From: an uncultured Rickettsiales bacterium
Lineage (GTDB): Bacteria; Pseudomonadota; Alphaproteobacteria; Rickettsiales; UBA1997
Direction: 5' to 3'
Assembly: GCA_905478165.1 (NCBI GenBank)
Contig: CAJQHK010000005.1
Span: 1-61,513, forward strand
Length of the DNA stretch: 61,513 bases
Under the pieces are notes generated by a model. That model was not told the origin of the DNA. It saw only the letters and a program-made list of their open reading frames with translations, and searched no databases. The position numbers and the translations under genes are program-made. Of the stretch, positions 1 to 9,963 are shown in pieces (position 1 is the first letter of the stretch; every line of letters begins with the position of its first letter).

Positions 1-360
1 GGGTAAAAATACAAATTTATCATCCTTAATCTTGATACATGAAGCAAATGAACTAAAGCTAAAAAATAATATGGAAAATAAGAAGATTGTAAAATAATAT
101 GTTACTTTTTTAACTTGGTAAAAACTAACTAACATAAGATTTATATATATTGAAGTTAAAAAGAACGTTATATATGTAAGTATAACATAAAAGAATATAA
201 TTATCAATTAATATAAATATGCATTTCTGCCACATGAATTTGATTTAAAATGGGCCCAAAATAGAAAATTTACTCAACTTATAGATTATATTCGAATTAG
301 AAGTTGAATTTAGCATCTATACAGTTTTTGTTACAGGTCCATATTTGAGTGAATATGATA

Positions 361-1707
361 TTATATTAATCTCGTCACGCAATCAATAAAGAATTGCCCC
401 CTTTCTTCAAAATCCTGCCATTGATCAAAAGATGCTGCCGCAGGGGAGAAAAGAACATTCGATTCTGTCGTAAGATCTCTTACCTCCTGATAAGACTCAT
501 TAATTGCAGCTTCTAAATTATAACTTTTTTTACAAATAATTTTATCTGACAAAATATCATGCAACTCATCAGTTGAAGAGCCGACTAAGTAACATTTACA
601 AATATTTTTTTTATATTTTTTTAAAAGATGAAAATCGTCATTTTTTATCTCTCCTCCCAAAATTAAGTAAATATTATCAAAATTTTTAATCGCCATAATG
701 GCAGATTCAAGACTAGTTGCCTTGCTGTCATTGATAAAATTAACATTCTCTATCCTTTTAACAAGCTGCATGCGATGTTTTAATCCGGTAAATTTTGCAA
801 TTGAATTAATAATGATGTTAATATCAATTTTTGACAAGTAACAAGCTACAAAGCTAGCTAAAATATTTTCTAAATTATGCTCACCCTTAATTAAAATTTT
901 ACCTTGTAAATTGGCAATTTGTTGACCATTTTTATAAATAATATGATCTCTGATCGCAAAACCATCATTTAAAATATTTTGAATTGAAAAAGGTATTAAA
1001 TTTGCCTTAAAATTCTTATCACCCCTTAACTCCTGATAAATTATAGCTGCCTGCTTATTATCAACTGCTATCACAGAAAAATCACCCTCCCCCTGATTCT
1101 GAAAAACTTTCCTCTTAGCAGTAACATAGTTTTTAAAATTACCATGTCTTACCAAATGGTCCGGCGTGACATTTAGTAAAATAGCAATCTTTAAGCGAGC
1201 CTGATGCATTAAATCTAGCTGATACGAAGAAATCTCCAAGATGTAATGACTATTTTCTGGTAAAATATCCATATTAAAAATAGAACGACCAATATTACCG
1301 CCAAAATCAAATTTCTTTTCAGAATTCTGAAAAATTTGGGAAATTAAAATGGTGCTAGTTGATTTGCCATTAGTTCCTGTAATACCAACATAGTTCTGTT
1401 TAGAAAAAATTTGGCAAAAATATTCAATATCAGAAATAATTTTAATCTGGTTTTTATTGGCTAATTTTACAATTCTATGAGGCTCTGGAAAATGTAACGG
1501 TACACCAGGAGATAAAATCAGGGATTCCACCGAGTTCCACCTTATATTATTAACGTCGTAGCATTTAATGATGTTAGGTAGATTTACAATTTTATCTATC
1601 GACTCTTGCTGATCGTCACAAATCTGAATTTCATAATCTAGTTTTGACAAAAAATTAATTATCGCAATTCCTGACCTCGCTAACCCAAAAACAACTATTT
1701 TTTTCAT
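361..1707 (-). CDS. murD: UDP-N-acetylmuramoylalanine--D-glutamate ligase
   Basis: 448-aa ORF. It has an N-terminal Rossmann-like KKIVVFGLARSG and the Mur-ligase P-loop GITGTNGKSTST, and its overall length is typical of MurD. Confidence 0.9.
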   Translation of the reverse strand: MKKIVVFGLARSGIAIINFLSKLDYEIQICDDQQESIDKIVNLPNIIKCYDVNNIRWNSVESLILSPGVPLHFPEPHRIVKLANKNQIKIISDIEYFCQIFSKQNYVGITGTNGKSTSTILISQIFQNSEKKFDFGGNIGRSIFNMDILPENSHYILEISSYQLDLMHQARLKIAILLNVTPDHLVRHGNFKNYVTAKRKVFQNQGEGDFSVIAVDNKQAAIIYQELRGDKNFKANLIPFSIQNILNDGFAIRDHIIYKNGQQIANLQGKILIKGEHNLENILASFVACYLSKIDINIIINSIAKFTGLKHRMQLVKRIENVNFINDSKATSLESAIMAIKNFDNIYLILGGEIKNDDFHLLKKYKKNICKCYLVGSSTDELHDILSDKIICKKSYNLEAAINESYQEVRDLTTESNVLFSPAAASFDQWQDFEERGQFFIDCVTRLI

Positions 1708-1914
1708 TAATTTAATATTTACAGTTATGAAAAATATATTTTTACCAAAGTGAGACTTAACCTTTACTTTGTCATTTTAATAAATGTCTCTTTTTTGTTA
1801 AGACACTTTTTGCATCACTTGGTTGCGGAATTGTTTACGGTTATTGCAGACCAGGTTGTAATGTTTCACAACTCTGCTCCTATTTTTAAAATAGAAAGAT
1901 CTATTTTACCACAA

Positions 1915-2480
1915 GCCATATTTTAAAATTTCTCTGGATTAACTCTAAATAAATCTGGATCTAATTTATACCACTTCTCTAAAGCATCAAAAGTATTTTT
2001 GACATTAAGCTCTTTCTTCAAAGAGCTGTGTCTTTCATTAAAATTACAATATAATTAGAAATTTATTTAAATCAATTTTTAATCCTGTGTGATTTTTAGA
2101 TTTAATTACGTGATCTTTTATAATTCTATTACCCCTCTCTACCGTGCCATTTGCCTTGGGATTATGTGGTTTTGCGTTTCTAAGATAAATATTATCATTT
2201 TTACAATTATTCTTAGCGTACGTTTTCGTACCACTGGACTTCGAACCCCATTTAGTATCTTTATTTAGATAAATCTTGTAGAATAATTAGAGTCACCAAG
2301 CAATTTAATGTAACCAAACTTCTCCCTTACCACTTTTTGTAAGGAAGGGTCTGGCCTATATAAGTTGTCAGCTCTATAGCGCCTTAAACTGCTGTTTTTT
2401 TTACCTCTTCCTTGCTAAATCGATCCTCATTGTATCTGCCCCAATTATTACCCAACTCTGTAAACGGCCATTTTAGTATT
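1915..2480 (-). pseudogene. Degraded rve (retroviral-integrase-type DDE) transposase remnant, IS481-like
   Basis: The reverse-strand translation is broken by many stops and frameshifts. It still reads ...NIYLRNAKPHNPKANGTVERGNRIIKDH..., which matches the P-x-x-P-x-x-NG-x-VER block at the end of rve catalytic cores. No intact ORF remains. Confidence 0.5.
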
Positions 2481-2499
2481 TCTTCTTCTATCGTAACAT

Positions 2500-2991
2500 T
2501 TAAATTAAATTAGTCGGCTCTAATTCGATTGAATCAGTTTGTTTTCGCCTAAAATCCTCCAATTTTCTTGCAACCTCCTCATCAATCACAGCCAAAACAG
2601 AGATGGCCATGAGGGCAGAATTCTTAGCACCCGCTTCACCAATCGCTAAAGTGCCAACCGGAATACCGTATGGCATTTGTACAATGGAAAGTAAACTATC
2701 TAAACCCTTCAGATTTTTACTAGCTATCGGAACCCCAAATACAGGAATAATAGTCATGGACGCCACCATACCCGGTAAATGAGCAGCACCTCCGGCACCA
2801 GCAATTATTGCCTTGATATTATTTTTTTTAGCATTTTTAGCAAATTCATAAAGACGATCTGGCGTCCTATGGGCTGAGATAATTTTCTTCTCATATGAGA
2901 CATTAAAATCTTCTAAAATTTTACAAGCCTCATTCATGATTACAAAATCGGAATTACTACCCATTATTACTGAAATAATATTTTTAGTCAT
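2500..2991 (-). CDS. purE: N5-carboxyaminoimidazole ribonucleotide mutase
   Basis: 163 aa with the PurE core [17 protein letters not shown] and SAHRTP. It overlaps the plsC stop by 8 nt. No purK is adjacent. Confidence 0.9.
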   Translation of the reverse strand: MTKNIISVIMGSNSDFVIMNEACKILEDFNVSYEKKIISAHRTPDRLYEFAKNAKKNNIKAIIAGAGGAAHLPGMVASMTIIPVFGVPIASKNLKGLDSLLSIVQMPYGIPVGTLAIGEAGAKNSALMAISVLAVIDEEVARKLEDFRRKQTDSIELEPTNLI

Positions 2992-3754
2992 ATTTTATTA
3001 ATTCGTCACTTTTTTTTTCTATCGCACCCCGCAATAAATTAACAAACTCATCTTTTTCAAGATTAGCTTCAATGATTGGTAAAAATTCAATGATAATTTT
3101 ACCTGGTTTTTTATAATTTTGAGTCCAATATAAACCAGAATTAAGAGCTACCGGAACTACTGGGATTTTTAAAAAATTGTAAAGCCCTAAAAGACCTGAT
3201 TTGTATGGATAATCTTCAATTTTAGCGTCAATTTTAGTTCTTGTGCCCTGCGGAAAAATAACAATACTTTGTTTATTTTTAACATATTCCTTAGTGCATC
3301 TAACAATTGATTTTAAAGCCTTAGCTCCACCCTCTCTATCGGCAACAGCACCACTCATAAAACGCAAATACCATCCATAAAAGGGGATTTTTAAAAGCTC
3401 TTTTTTATAAATATATACGGGGCAATTGATCAGGATATGCATAATAATTGTCTCCCACATTGATTGATGCTTAGAGGCAATAATTACCGCTTTGTTCTTT
3501 GGAATATTTTCTTTCCCTCTAACTTCATAGCTAATACCGCAAATAGTTCTAAGTAATAACATTAAAATTATCGCCCAAAATTTCGCCCATTTATCGGCAA
3601 TAAGTTTAGTAAAATTGGTATCTTTGCCAAAAATTTTAAAAGAAAAATCAACCAAAAGAAAAAATGGCACAAAAAGAAAATAGAGAAGATTATGAAGAGA
3701 GGTAAAAATTATCAAAGCAATATCAAAAATATAAGATCTAATTTTCATGTACAT
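2984..3754 (-). CDS. plsC: 1-acyl-sn-glycerol-3-phosphate acyltransferase
   Basis: 256 aa with N-terminal TM helices and acyltransferase blocks [10 protein letters not shown] and IFPQGTR. Confidence 0.85.
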   Translation of the reverse strand: MYMKIRSYIFDIALIIFTSLHNLLYFLFVPFFLLVDFSFKIFGKDTNFTKLIADKWAKFWAIILMLLLRTICGISYEVRGKENIPKNKAVIIASKHQSMWETIIMHILINCPVYIYKKELLKIPFYGWYLRFMSGAVADREGGAKALKSIVRCTKEYVKNKQSIVIFPQGTRTKIDAKIEDYPYKSGLLGLYNFLKIPVVPVALNSGLYWTQNYKKPGKIIIEFLPIIEANLEKDEFVNLLRGAIEKKSDELIKYD

Positions 3755-3897
3755 AAATGTATTTTCTTAAAAGAAATTAAATTGTAGAAATAAAAATAAA
3801 AACTTCAAGAAAAAGCAATTACAAAATTAATACACCCCTAAGGCCATAAAATTTTTAAAATTAGATCTTGCAAAGAAATTATGATTACTTTTTAATT

Positions 3898-5304
3898 ATG
3901 ATGTCCAAAACTCACAATCAATCTCAAATATTAATGGAAATTACCATAATAGAAGTTGTTGCCAATATTATTAGTAAGACAAATGGGTTTCTTTGGTCAT
4001 ACCTTGTAACTTACCTCTGCCTTGGTAGCGCTTTTTACTTTTCATTTAAATTAAAATTTTTTCAGTTTAAAGCTCTCAAGCAAAGTATTTCAGTCCTCAA
4101 GGAAGACAAAAAGTACAATAAAAATGATGGTAGTATTAGTAATTTTCAAGCATTAACAGCCACAATTGCTGGCGCTGTTGGTCTTGGTAATATTGCTGGC
4201 GTTGCTATTGCCATTCAAATTGGTGGTCCAGGAGCGGTATTTTGGATGTGGGTTACTGCACTTATTGGTATGGCAGTGCGTTATGCAGAAACCTTTTTAG
4301 CAATTTATTATCAAGAGTCCAGCAAGGATGGAAAAAAACATTTTGGCGGGCCAATTTATTACATAAAAAAAGGTTTAAAGAAAAAATATCACTTCTTAGC
4401 TACTTTTTTTGCTATTTTTACTTTTATTGGTGCAGCAGGTACTGGAGCCTTGTATCAATCCAACCAAGTTGCTTCAATTTTATCTTCCGAATTTGGAATT
4501 GCCGAATATATCACTGGAATAACAATTTGCATTCTGGTTGCGATGGTAATTTTTGGAGGTATTAAAAGAATTGGCAGCGTAACAGAAAAATTAGTTCCTA
4601 TTATGTGCATATCTTATGTTGGTGTAGCCTTGATACTAATTTTATTAAACATATCAGTAATTCCAGAGGTTCTTTTTTCAATAGTAAAAAATGCCTTCAT
4701 TATTGACTCTGCAATTGGCGGCGGAATCGGTAGCGTGATTGCAATTGGCGTACAAAGAGCAATATTTTCCAACGAATCTGGCCTTGGCACAACACCAGTT
4801 ATTTACGGAGCAGTAAAAAAGAGTAAGGACATTGTTAAACAAGCATCTGTTAGTGTTTTAAGCCCCTTTATTGACACAATAATTGTTTGTTCTGCAACCG
4901 CTTTAATTATACTAATTGCCGGAAATAATGCCACACATCAGTCTGGTGAAATCACAGGAATCCTACTTACAGTTCAATCATTTTCTGATTTAATGCTACC
5001 TCATGCTGCAATCTTTATTGCCATCATAGCCTCTCTTCTAGCATTCTCCACAATGATCACTTGGGCCTATTATGGAGAAATTTCATTCACTTACCTCTTC
5101 GGCGCAAAATCAAGTTTTATCTATAAAATATTTTTCTTAACAGCGATATTTATTGGATCGATCAACGAGTTACAATTAATAATTAACGCTTCTGATTTAC
5201 TGATAGCGTTAATGGTAATACCAAATGTCATAGCCTTAATCCTACTAAGAAAGGTGATATTTAAAAATACTTTTAAAAAATTAATAAAAAATGCAGGAAA
5301 TTAA
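3898..5304 (+). CDS. Alanine/glycine:cation symporter (AGCS family)
   Basis: Polytopic membrane ORF with the AGCS signature GLGNIAGVAIAIQIGGPGAVFWMW. The track ORF opens at a TTG (3868). The first ATG pair at 3898 is the more likely start. Confidence 0.85.
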   Translation: MMSKTHNQSQILMEITIIEVVANIISKTNGFLWSYLVTYLCLGSAFYFSFKLKFFQFKALKQSISVLKEDKKYNKNDGSISNFQALTATIAGAVGLGNIAGVAIAIQIGGPGAVFWMWVTALIGMAVRYAETFLAIYYQESSKDGKKHFGGPIYYIKKGLKKKYHFLATFFAIFTFIGAAGTGALYQSNQVASILSSEFGIAEYITGITICILVAMVIFGGIKRIGSVTEKLVPIMCISYVGVALILILLNISVIPEVLFSIVKNAFIIDSAIGGGIGSVIAIGVQRAIFSNESGLGTTPVIYGAVKKSKDIVKQASVSVLSPFIDTIIVCSATALIILIAGNNATHQSGEITGILLTVQSFSDLMLPHAAIFIAIIASLLAFSTMITWAYYGEISFTYLFGAKSSFIYKIFFLTAIFIGSINELQLIINASDLLIALMVIPNVIALILLRKVIFKNTFKKLIKNAGN

Positions 5305-5740
5305 AAAAAAGTTAGACATCCAAGAGATATTAGAGATTTTACCTCATAGATACCCACTATTATTGGTCGATAAAATTATTGAAGCTAACAAAGAAAAAGT
5401 TGTCGGCATAAAAAATGTAACTTTTAATGAGCCACATTTTATGGGCCATTTTCCAGGTCGTCCTGTTATGCCTGGAGTAATGATTATTGAAGCTATGGCG
5501 CAAACTTCTGCCACACTACCCTACCTTTCTTATGATATGAACTTAGATAATAAGTTAATATATTTTACAACAATCAATAATGTAAAATTTAAAAAAATTG
5601 TTACTCCTGGTGATGTCTTGGAACTTCATATTGAATTAGTTAAGTTTAAAAAGAATTTCTGGAAATTCTCTGGTAAAGCAAAAGTTGATGGTGAAGTTGT
5701 AACAGAAGCTGATTTTTCTGCAATGATCGTTGATAGATAA
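5291..5740 (+). CDS. fabZ: 3-hydroxyacyl-ACP dehydratase
   Basis: 149 aa, hot-dog fold, with the motif FNEPHFMGHFPGRPVMPGV. It sits directly upstream of lpxA, as in the conserved lpxD-fabZ-lpxA arrangement. Confidence 0.92.
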   Translation: MQEIKKKLDIQEILEILPHRYPLLLVDKIIEANKEKVVGIKNVTFNEPHFMGHFPGRPVMPGVMIIEAMAQTSATLPYLSYDMNLDNKLIYFTTINNVKFKKIVTPGDVLELHIELVKFKKNFWKFSGKAKVDGEVVTEADFSAMIVDR

Positions 5741-6521
5741 AATGACAAAAATTCACCCAACTGCGATAATCGACTCACAGGCTAAAATTGGTAATAATGT
5801 TGAAATTGGCCCATTCTCAATCATCGGACCCAAGGTTACACTTGCTGATAATAATATCATTAAATCCAATGTCATAATTACCGGAAATACCCAAATTGGC
5901 AGCGGAAATCTATTCTTCCCCTTTGCGGTAATCGGTGAAGATCCTCAAGACCTAAAATATCAAGGTGAAGATTCTAAAATTATTATCGGCGATAATAATA
6001 AAATTCGAGAATATGTCACAATCCACCCAGGAACAAAAGATGACAATCTAATTACCAAAATTGGCAATAACTGCCTCTTCATGATCTCTTCTCACATTGC
6101 TCATGATTGTGTAATTGGTAATGGTGTTATTATGGCTAATAATGCAACATTGGCTGGACATGTTCATGTGGGTGATAATGTTGTGATTGGAGGTCTTTCT
6201 GCCATACATCAATTCGTTAAAATTGGTAGATTTGCAATGATCGGAGGTATGTCTGGAGTTGAAAATAACGTCCTGCCATTTACTACTGTTGCAGGAGAAA
6301 GGGCTAAATTGGCCGGCCTTAATTTGCTCGGACTTAAGAGGGGGAAGATTGAAAAAAACTCCATAAATTCTGTCAGGAAGTTTTACAAGAGCCTGTTTCA
6401 AGACACAAATTTTAATGACAATTTAAATTCAGCATTAAATAATTCGAATCAAGATCCACTGGTTGAAGAGATGAATCTCTTCATTCAGACAAAAGGTAAG
6501 AGAGGTCTTTGTAAGCCGTAA
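5730..6521 (+). CDS. lpxA: Acyl-ACP--UDP-N-acetylglucosamine O-acyltransferase
   Basis: 263 aa of left-handed beta-helix hexapeptide repeats followed by an LpxA-type C-terminal helical domain. It overlaps fabZ by 11 nt. Confidence 0.9.
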   Translation: MIDKMTKIHPTAIIDSQAKIGNNVEIGPFSIIGPKVTLADNNIIKSNVIITGNTQIGSGNLFFPFAVIGEDPQDLKYQGEDSKIIIGDNNKIREYVTIHPGTKDDNLITKIGNNCLFMISSHIAHDCVIGNGVIMANNATLAGHVHVGDNVVIGGLSAIHQFVKIGRFAMIGGMSGVENNVLPFTTVAGERAKLAGLNLLGLKRGKIEKNSINSVRKFYKSLFQDTNFNDNLNSALNNSNQDPLVEEMNLFIQTKGKRGLCKP

Positions 6522-6523
6522 TC

Positions 6524-6845
6524 CAAAATTGTAGTTAAAAATTAATTTATAGCGCCTTCTCACAGCAATTATCAAACTTAACTACGCACTTAACAAAAAG
6601 ATTTTTTTCAAAAACTATTAGGTAACAATCAATAATAACTTAAACATTTTTCAAATATTTTTTATTTTAGATTTTATTTTTAATCGAAGTCGTAGCTAAC
6701 TACTTCAAGATTAGAAATGAAGTAAAAAAATCAAGATAGATCTTGGTATTATTATCGACTGTTGCCTTAGTATATTACTGGTATTTTGAGCTTTATAGAG
6801 ATAAAGTAGAAGGTAAATATTGTAGCCAAACTTAATAATTAGTAC
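6524..6845. repeat. Pile-up of nested and truncated MITE-like repeats (families P1, P2, P5)
   Basis: A P1 left arm (caattatcaaacttaactacgcac, about 6566) and a P1 right arm (attgtagccaaacttaataattagtac, ending 6845) are separated by inserted P5-like sequence (tttagattttatttttaatcgaagtcgtagctaactacttcaagattagaaatgaag). A P2 end (caagatagatcttggtat) ends at 6749. A solo arm lies at 6524-6548. Confidence 0.7.
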
Positions 6846-6913
6846 CACAACCTTTCCAACTTTATTTAAAAATATTTGATCACTAAGTGTGATAAAGAAT
6901 TTTCTATAATTTA

Positions 6914-6942
6914 TTGACTTGTTAACAATTAAAATTTATTAT
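6914..6942 (+). promoter_or_regulatory. Sigma70-like promoter candidate upstream of tRNA-Lys/rpsU
   Basis: TTGACT (6914-6919), a 17-nt spacer, then TATTAT (6937-6942), about 45 nt upstream of the tRNA. -10-like hexamers are common in AT-rich DNA, so this is tentative. Confidence 0.4.
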
Positions 6943-6989
6943 TGATATTTCCGGCCTCTTGGGGTCGTAATAAAGATATTGTAAGCTCA

Positions 6990-7065
6990 GAGCACGTAGC
7001 TCAGTTGGTAGAGCGCCTGACTTTTAATCAGGTTGTCGTGGGTTCGATTCCCACCGTGCTCACCA
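6990..7065 (+). tRNA. tRNA-Lys (anticodon UUU)
   Basis: It folds by hand into a cloverleaf: acceptor gagcacg/cgtgctc, D arm gctc/gagc, anticodon stem cctga/tcagg with loop cTTTTaa, T arm gtggg-ttcgatt-cccac. The CCA end is encoded. Confidence 0.9.
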
Positions 7066-7097
7066 ATATCTAAATTAATTATTTTAAATATTTTTTA

Positions 7098-7286
7098 ATG
7101 GAAATTAAAATAAGTAGCAGAAGTGGTATTAATAGTGCAATAGCTCAGTTTAAAAAGGAAACTAAAAAACATGGTATAGTTATTGAAGCTAGGATAAGAA
7201 CTTATCATGAGAATGGACGCCGAAGAACTAAAAGAAAAACCGAAGAAAGAATAAGAAGGAGGGTTCAAGCTAAGGCTCAGAGTTAA
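7098..7286 (+). CDS. rpsU: 30S ribosomal protein bS21
   Basis: 62-aa very basic ORF. The AIAQFKKETKKHGIVIEARIRTYHE pattern matches the bS21 core (ALRRFKR...G...E.R.R..YE). Confidence 0.75.
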   Translation: MEIKISSRSGINSAIAQFKKETKKHGIVIEARIRTYHENGRRRTKRKTEERIRRRVQAKAQS

Positions 7287-7352
7287 AGTCCGTACAAATT
7301 ATTAGGTGTTACCAATAACCCCTAACCACAATAAAATATCTAAAGATCTCAG

Positions 7353-9194
7353 ATGTTAATTACTAAAAAAGACAGGTCTTTTATCTTGTTGATGATATCT
7401 CTTATCTTAATTACAAGCTCCATCTTTTCTCTTTTCTCCCATCTTAAGACACCCACTTATAATCAAAATCATAAAATACTGAGCAAGCAAAAATACTGGC
7501 TTAACCTTACGCAAAAACCATCGAATAAAGATCTTAAATCTAAAATAATATTATTATCATTTCTGAGCGATAGCGAAACAAATTTGGAACAATTGATCGA
7601 CACTAGAAATCTAAAAAATAACTTTAATCGTGATCTTTCAGTTATTAGTGTATATAATGGTAAGGAGGGGGTGGTAAATATACAAAAATTATCAGATAAA
7701 ATGGAATTAAAATTTCCTATTATATTTGATAAGCATTCAGATATTTTAACACATTTTAAGCCAAAAAATAATCAATTTATACTACTAAATGCAAAGGGAG
7801 AAATTTATAACAAATATCAATTAAAAGATTTCAATAAAATCAATGTTGATATTACAGAGTTAATTACCACATCAGAGAACATAAAAAGAGAAAACTTTAA
7901 AATATCTCATAAAAAAACAACATTATCCTACATCTTATCAAATCCAACATCTTTAAATTATATTGACAATATTAAAATAGGTAACTACAAGGGTGAGGCA
8001 ATATTAATATCTAACTCTGGCCACAATAATATTATTATATCTTCGCTAGATGGAAAGATTATCAAAAAAATTGGCTCTATAGTTCCTGGTTTTGTAGATG
8101 GGTCATTGAGCGATACAAGATTTAATCAACCTCAAGATTTTGCGATTGACAAAAATATCATATATGTCGCTGACTCAGGAAATCACTCCATCAGAAAGGT
8201 TGACATTAAAACTGGTAAAACAACTACTATTATAGGCTCTGGTGACAAAAAAGGATCCCACCTACAAGGAACAATAGGAGCTAAAAAAGCTAATTTATGG
8301 TTCCCTACCGACTTAGCATTGTCAGCGGATAAAAAGCATTTGGTTATCTCAAACTATGGCGCCAACCAGATTCTTTCTTATGACATAAAAAACAAAACAT
8401 TACAAGCCCTAACAAAAGAAACATTAAAAATAAAAGCAAAAAACATTATAAGTCATAAAGATAGAGTATACTTCCTTGATCAAAATACCATAAAATATCT
8501 AGACAAGAATAATCAAATGCATATTTTTCAAATAAATAAAAAATCATTTGAGTCAGATGCATTCTACATAGATAAAAATATATTATTTAGCATCAATAAT
8601 AATCTACAGATAATGCAAAAAATTAACCTCACATCAGGACAGGTAAATGAAACCACAGTAAATCATAACAGAGTATCAGATTTAATAAATATTAATAATT
8701 TCATATATTTATTAGACTCAAAGAACAATAAAATAACAATAATTAACAAAAAGAACTCTAATCAAAAAATATTTAACATACTTCCTAAGTTAGAAATAAC
8801 GTCGGATAAGATAATCAAATATCTGCCGAATTTTAATCTCACTGACGAAATATTTGTTAAATCAAATAATAATATTAATATCAAAATGAAACTTAAAGAA
8901 AATTGGAAAATAAATCACGAAGCACCTAGTTTCATTAATCTAGTAGAGATAGATAAAGATAAAAAAGCTAGCTTAATAAAAATATATAATTGGCAAGATA
9001 TCGAAAAAAATCAAATAAAATTACCAAAGCTAAAAAATGGTTTCACTTATTACATCGAAGCAATAATATATTATTGTAAGAATATAAAAAACTCGATCTG
9101 CATGGTTAACAAATATAACAAAAAAATTAACGTTTCCCCCGATACCACTAATAAAGAAATTAAAATAGATTTTTTATATCCAGATAATGAATAA
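7353..9194 (+). CDS. Membrane-anchored NHL-repeat beta-propeller protein with Cys-less thioredoxin-like N-domain
   Basis: 613 aa with an N-terminal TM/signal anchor (FILLMISLILITSSIFSLF) and a redoxin-like segment (KIILLSFLSDSETN...) that has no CxxC. NHL-type blades are present (YVADSGNHSIRKVD, LVISNYGANQILSYD). Confidence 0.6.
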   Translation: MLITKKDRSFILLMISLILITSSIFSLFSHLKTPTYNQNHKILSKQKYWLNLTQKPSNKDLKSKIILLSFLSDSETNLEQLIDTRNLKNNFNRDLSVISVYNGKEGVVNIQKLSDKMELKFPIIFDKHSDILTHFKPKNNQFILLNAKGEIYNKYQLKDFNKINVDITELITTSENIKRENFKISHKKTTLSYILSNPTSLNYIDNIKIGNYKGEAILISNSGHNNIIISSLDGKIIKKIGSIVPGFVDGSLSDTRFNQPQDFAIDKNIIYVADSGNHSIRKVDIKTGKTTTIIGSGDKKGSHLQGTIGAKKANLWFPTDLALSADKKHLVISNYGANQILSYDIKNKTLQALTKETLKIKAKNIISHKDRVYFLDQNTIKYLDKNNQMHIFQINKKSFESDAFYIDKNILFSINNNLQIMQKINLTSGQVNETTVNHNRVSDLININNFIYLLDSKNNKITIINKKNSNQKIFNILPKLEITSDKIIKYLPNFNLTDEIFVKSNNNINIKMKLKENWKINHEAPSFINLVEIDKDKKASLIKIYNWQDIEKNQIKLPKLKNGFTYYIEAIIYYCKNIKNSICMVNKYNKKINVSPDTTNKEIKIDFLYPDNE

Positions 9195-9486
9195 TTTTTT
9201 AGAAAATTTACAAATTAAATTAGAAGATATTGTAAAAAATAGCTCTATAGATAAATCCTACACCAAATCTCTAACTCATTCCGGATCTGAAAAAATTGCT
9301 AAAAAAGTTATAGAAGAGGCCTTTGAAGTTTGTCTAGCATCAATAGAAGGAAAAGGCCATAAAAATGGAAAAAATCAATTAATATTAGAGTCGGCAGATT
9401 TACTATATCATTTATTAGTCTTGTTGAGTAGTAAAAATGTTTCTGTAAAAGAAGTTTTTAATGAATTAAAAAAGAGGGAGGTATGA
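9187..9486 (+). CDS. hisE: Phosphoribosyl-ATP pyrophosphohydrolase (monofunctional)
   Basis: 99 aa, MazG-like, with EEAFEV...ESADLLYHLLVLL, which is characteristic of HisE. It is not fused to hisI. It overlaps the upstream ORF by 8 nt. Confidence 0.8.
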   Translation: MNNFLENLQIKLEDIVKNSSIDKSYTKSLTHSGSEKIAKKVIEEAFEVCLASIEGKGHKNGKNQLILESADLLYHLLVLLSSKNVSVKEVFNELKKREV

Positions 9487-9815
9487 TTAATGTAAAATTA
9501 ACAGATACTGCTAAAAAAAGAATAACTGACATAACTACCGACAAAAATCATTCAGAAAAATTTCTAAGAATAAAAATAATTGGTGGTGGCTGTAGTGGTT
9601 TTCAGTATCAGTTCAGTCTGGATGACACAATATCAAAAAATGACTTCACAATCACAGAAGGCAACAAAACCTATCTTGCATCTGACAATGAATCTTTAGA
9701 GTTTATTAAAAACTCAGAAATAGATTTTGTTGAAGAGTTGGGTGGATCATTTTTTAAGGTTAATAACCCAAATAGTACGGCAAATTGTGGCTGCGGAGCA
9801 TCTTTCGATGTTTAA
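9483..9815 (+). CDS. erpA: Iron-sulfur cluster insertion protein (HesB/IscA family)
   Basis: 110 aa with GGGCSGFQY and a C-terminal CGCGASF cysteine triad. Confidence 0.85.
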   Translation: MINVKLTDTAKKRITDITTDKNHSEKFLRIKIIGGGCSGFQYQFSLDDTISKNDFTITEGNKTYLASDNESLEFIKNSEIDFVEELGGSFFKVNNPNSTANCGCGASFDV

Positions 9816-9843
9816 AAAAAAGATAAGAAAATATACAGCTTTT

Positions 9844-9917
9844 GCATCTGTAGCTCAACTGGATAGAGCTCTGCCCTCCGAAGGCAGTGGTTGCAGGTTC
9901 AAATCCTGTCAGATGCA
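9844..9917 (+). tRNA. tRNA-Arg (anticodon CCG)
   Basis: Cloverleaf by hand: acceptor gcatctg/cagatgc, D arm gctc/gagc, anticodon stem ctgcc/ggcag with loop ctCCGaa, T arm gcagg-ttcaaat-cctgt. No CCA is encoded. Confidence 0.85.
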
Positions 9918-9963
9918 CAATATTTAATACCAGCGTTTATATTGTTCAAATAGAATCTATAAC

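Noticed and set aside
7302-7325. Hairpin ttaggtgtta-ccaa-taacccctaa after rpsU as an intrinsic terminator.
   Set aside because: The stem has a mismatch and is not followed by a T-run. The next gene starts 28 nt later in the same orientation.
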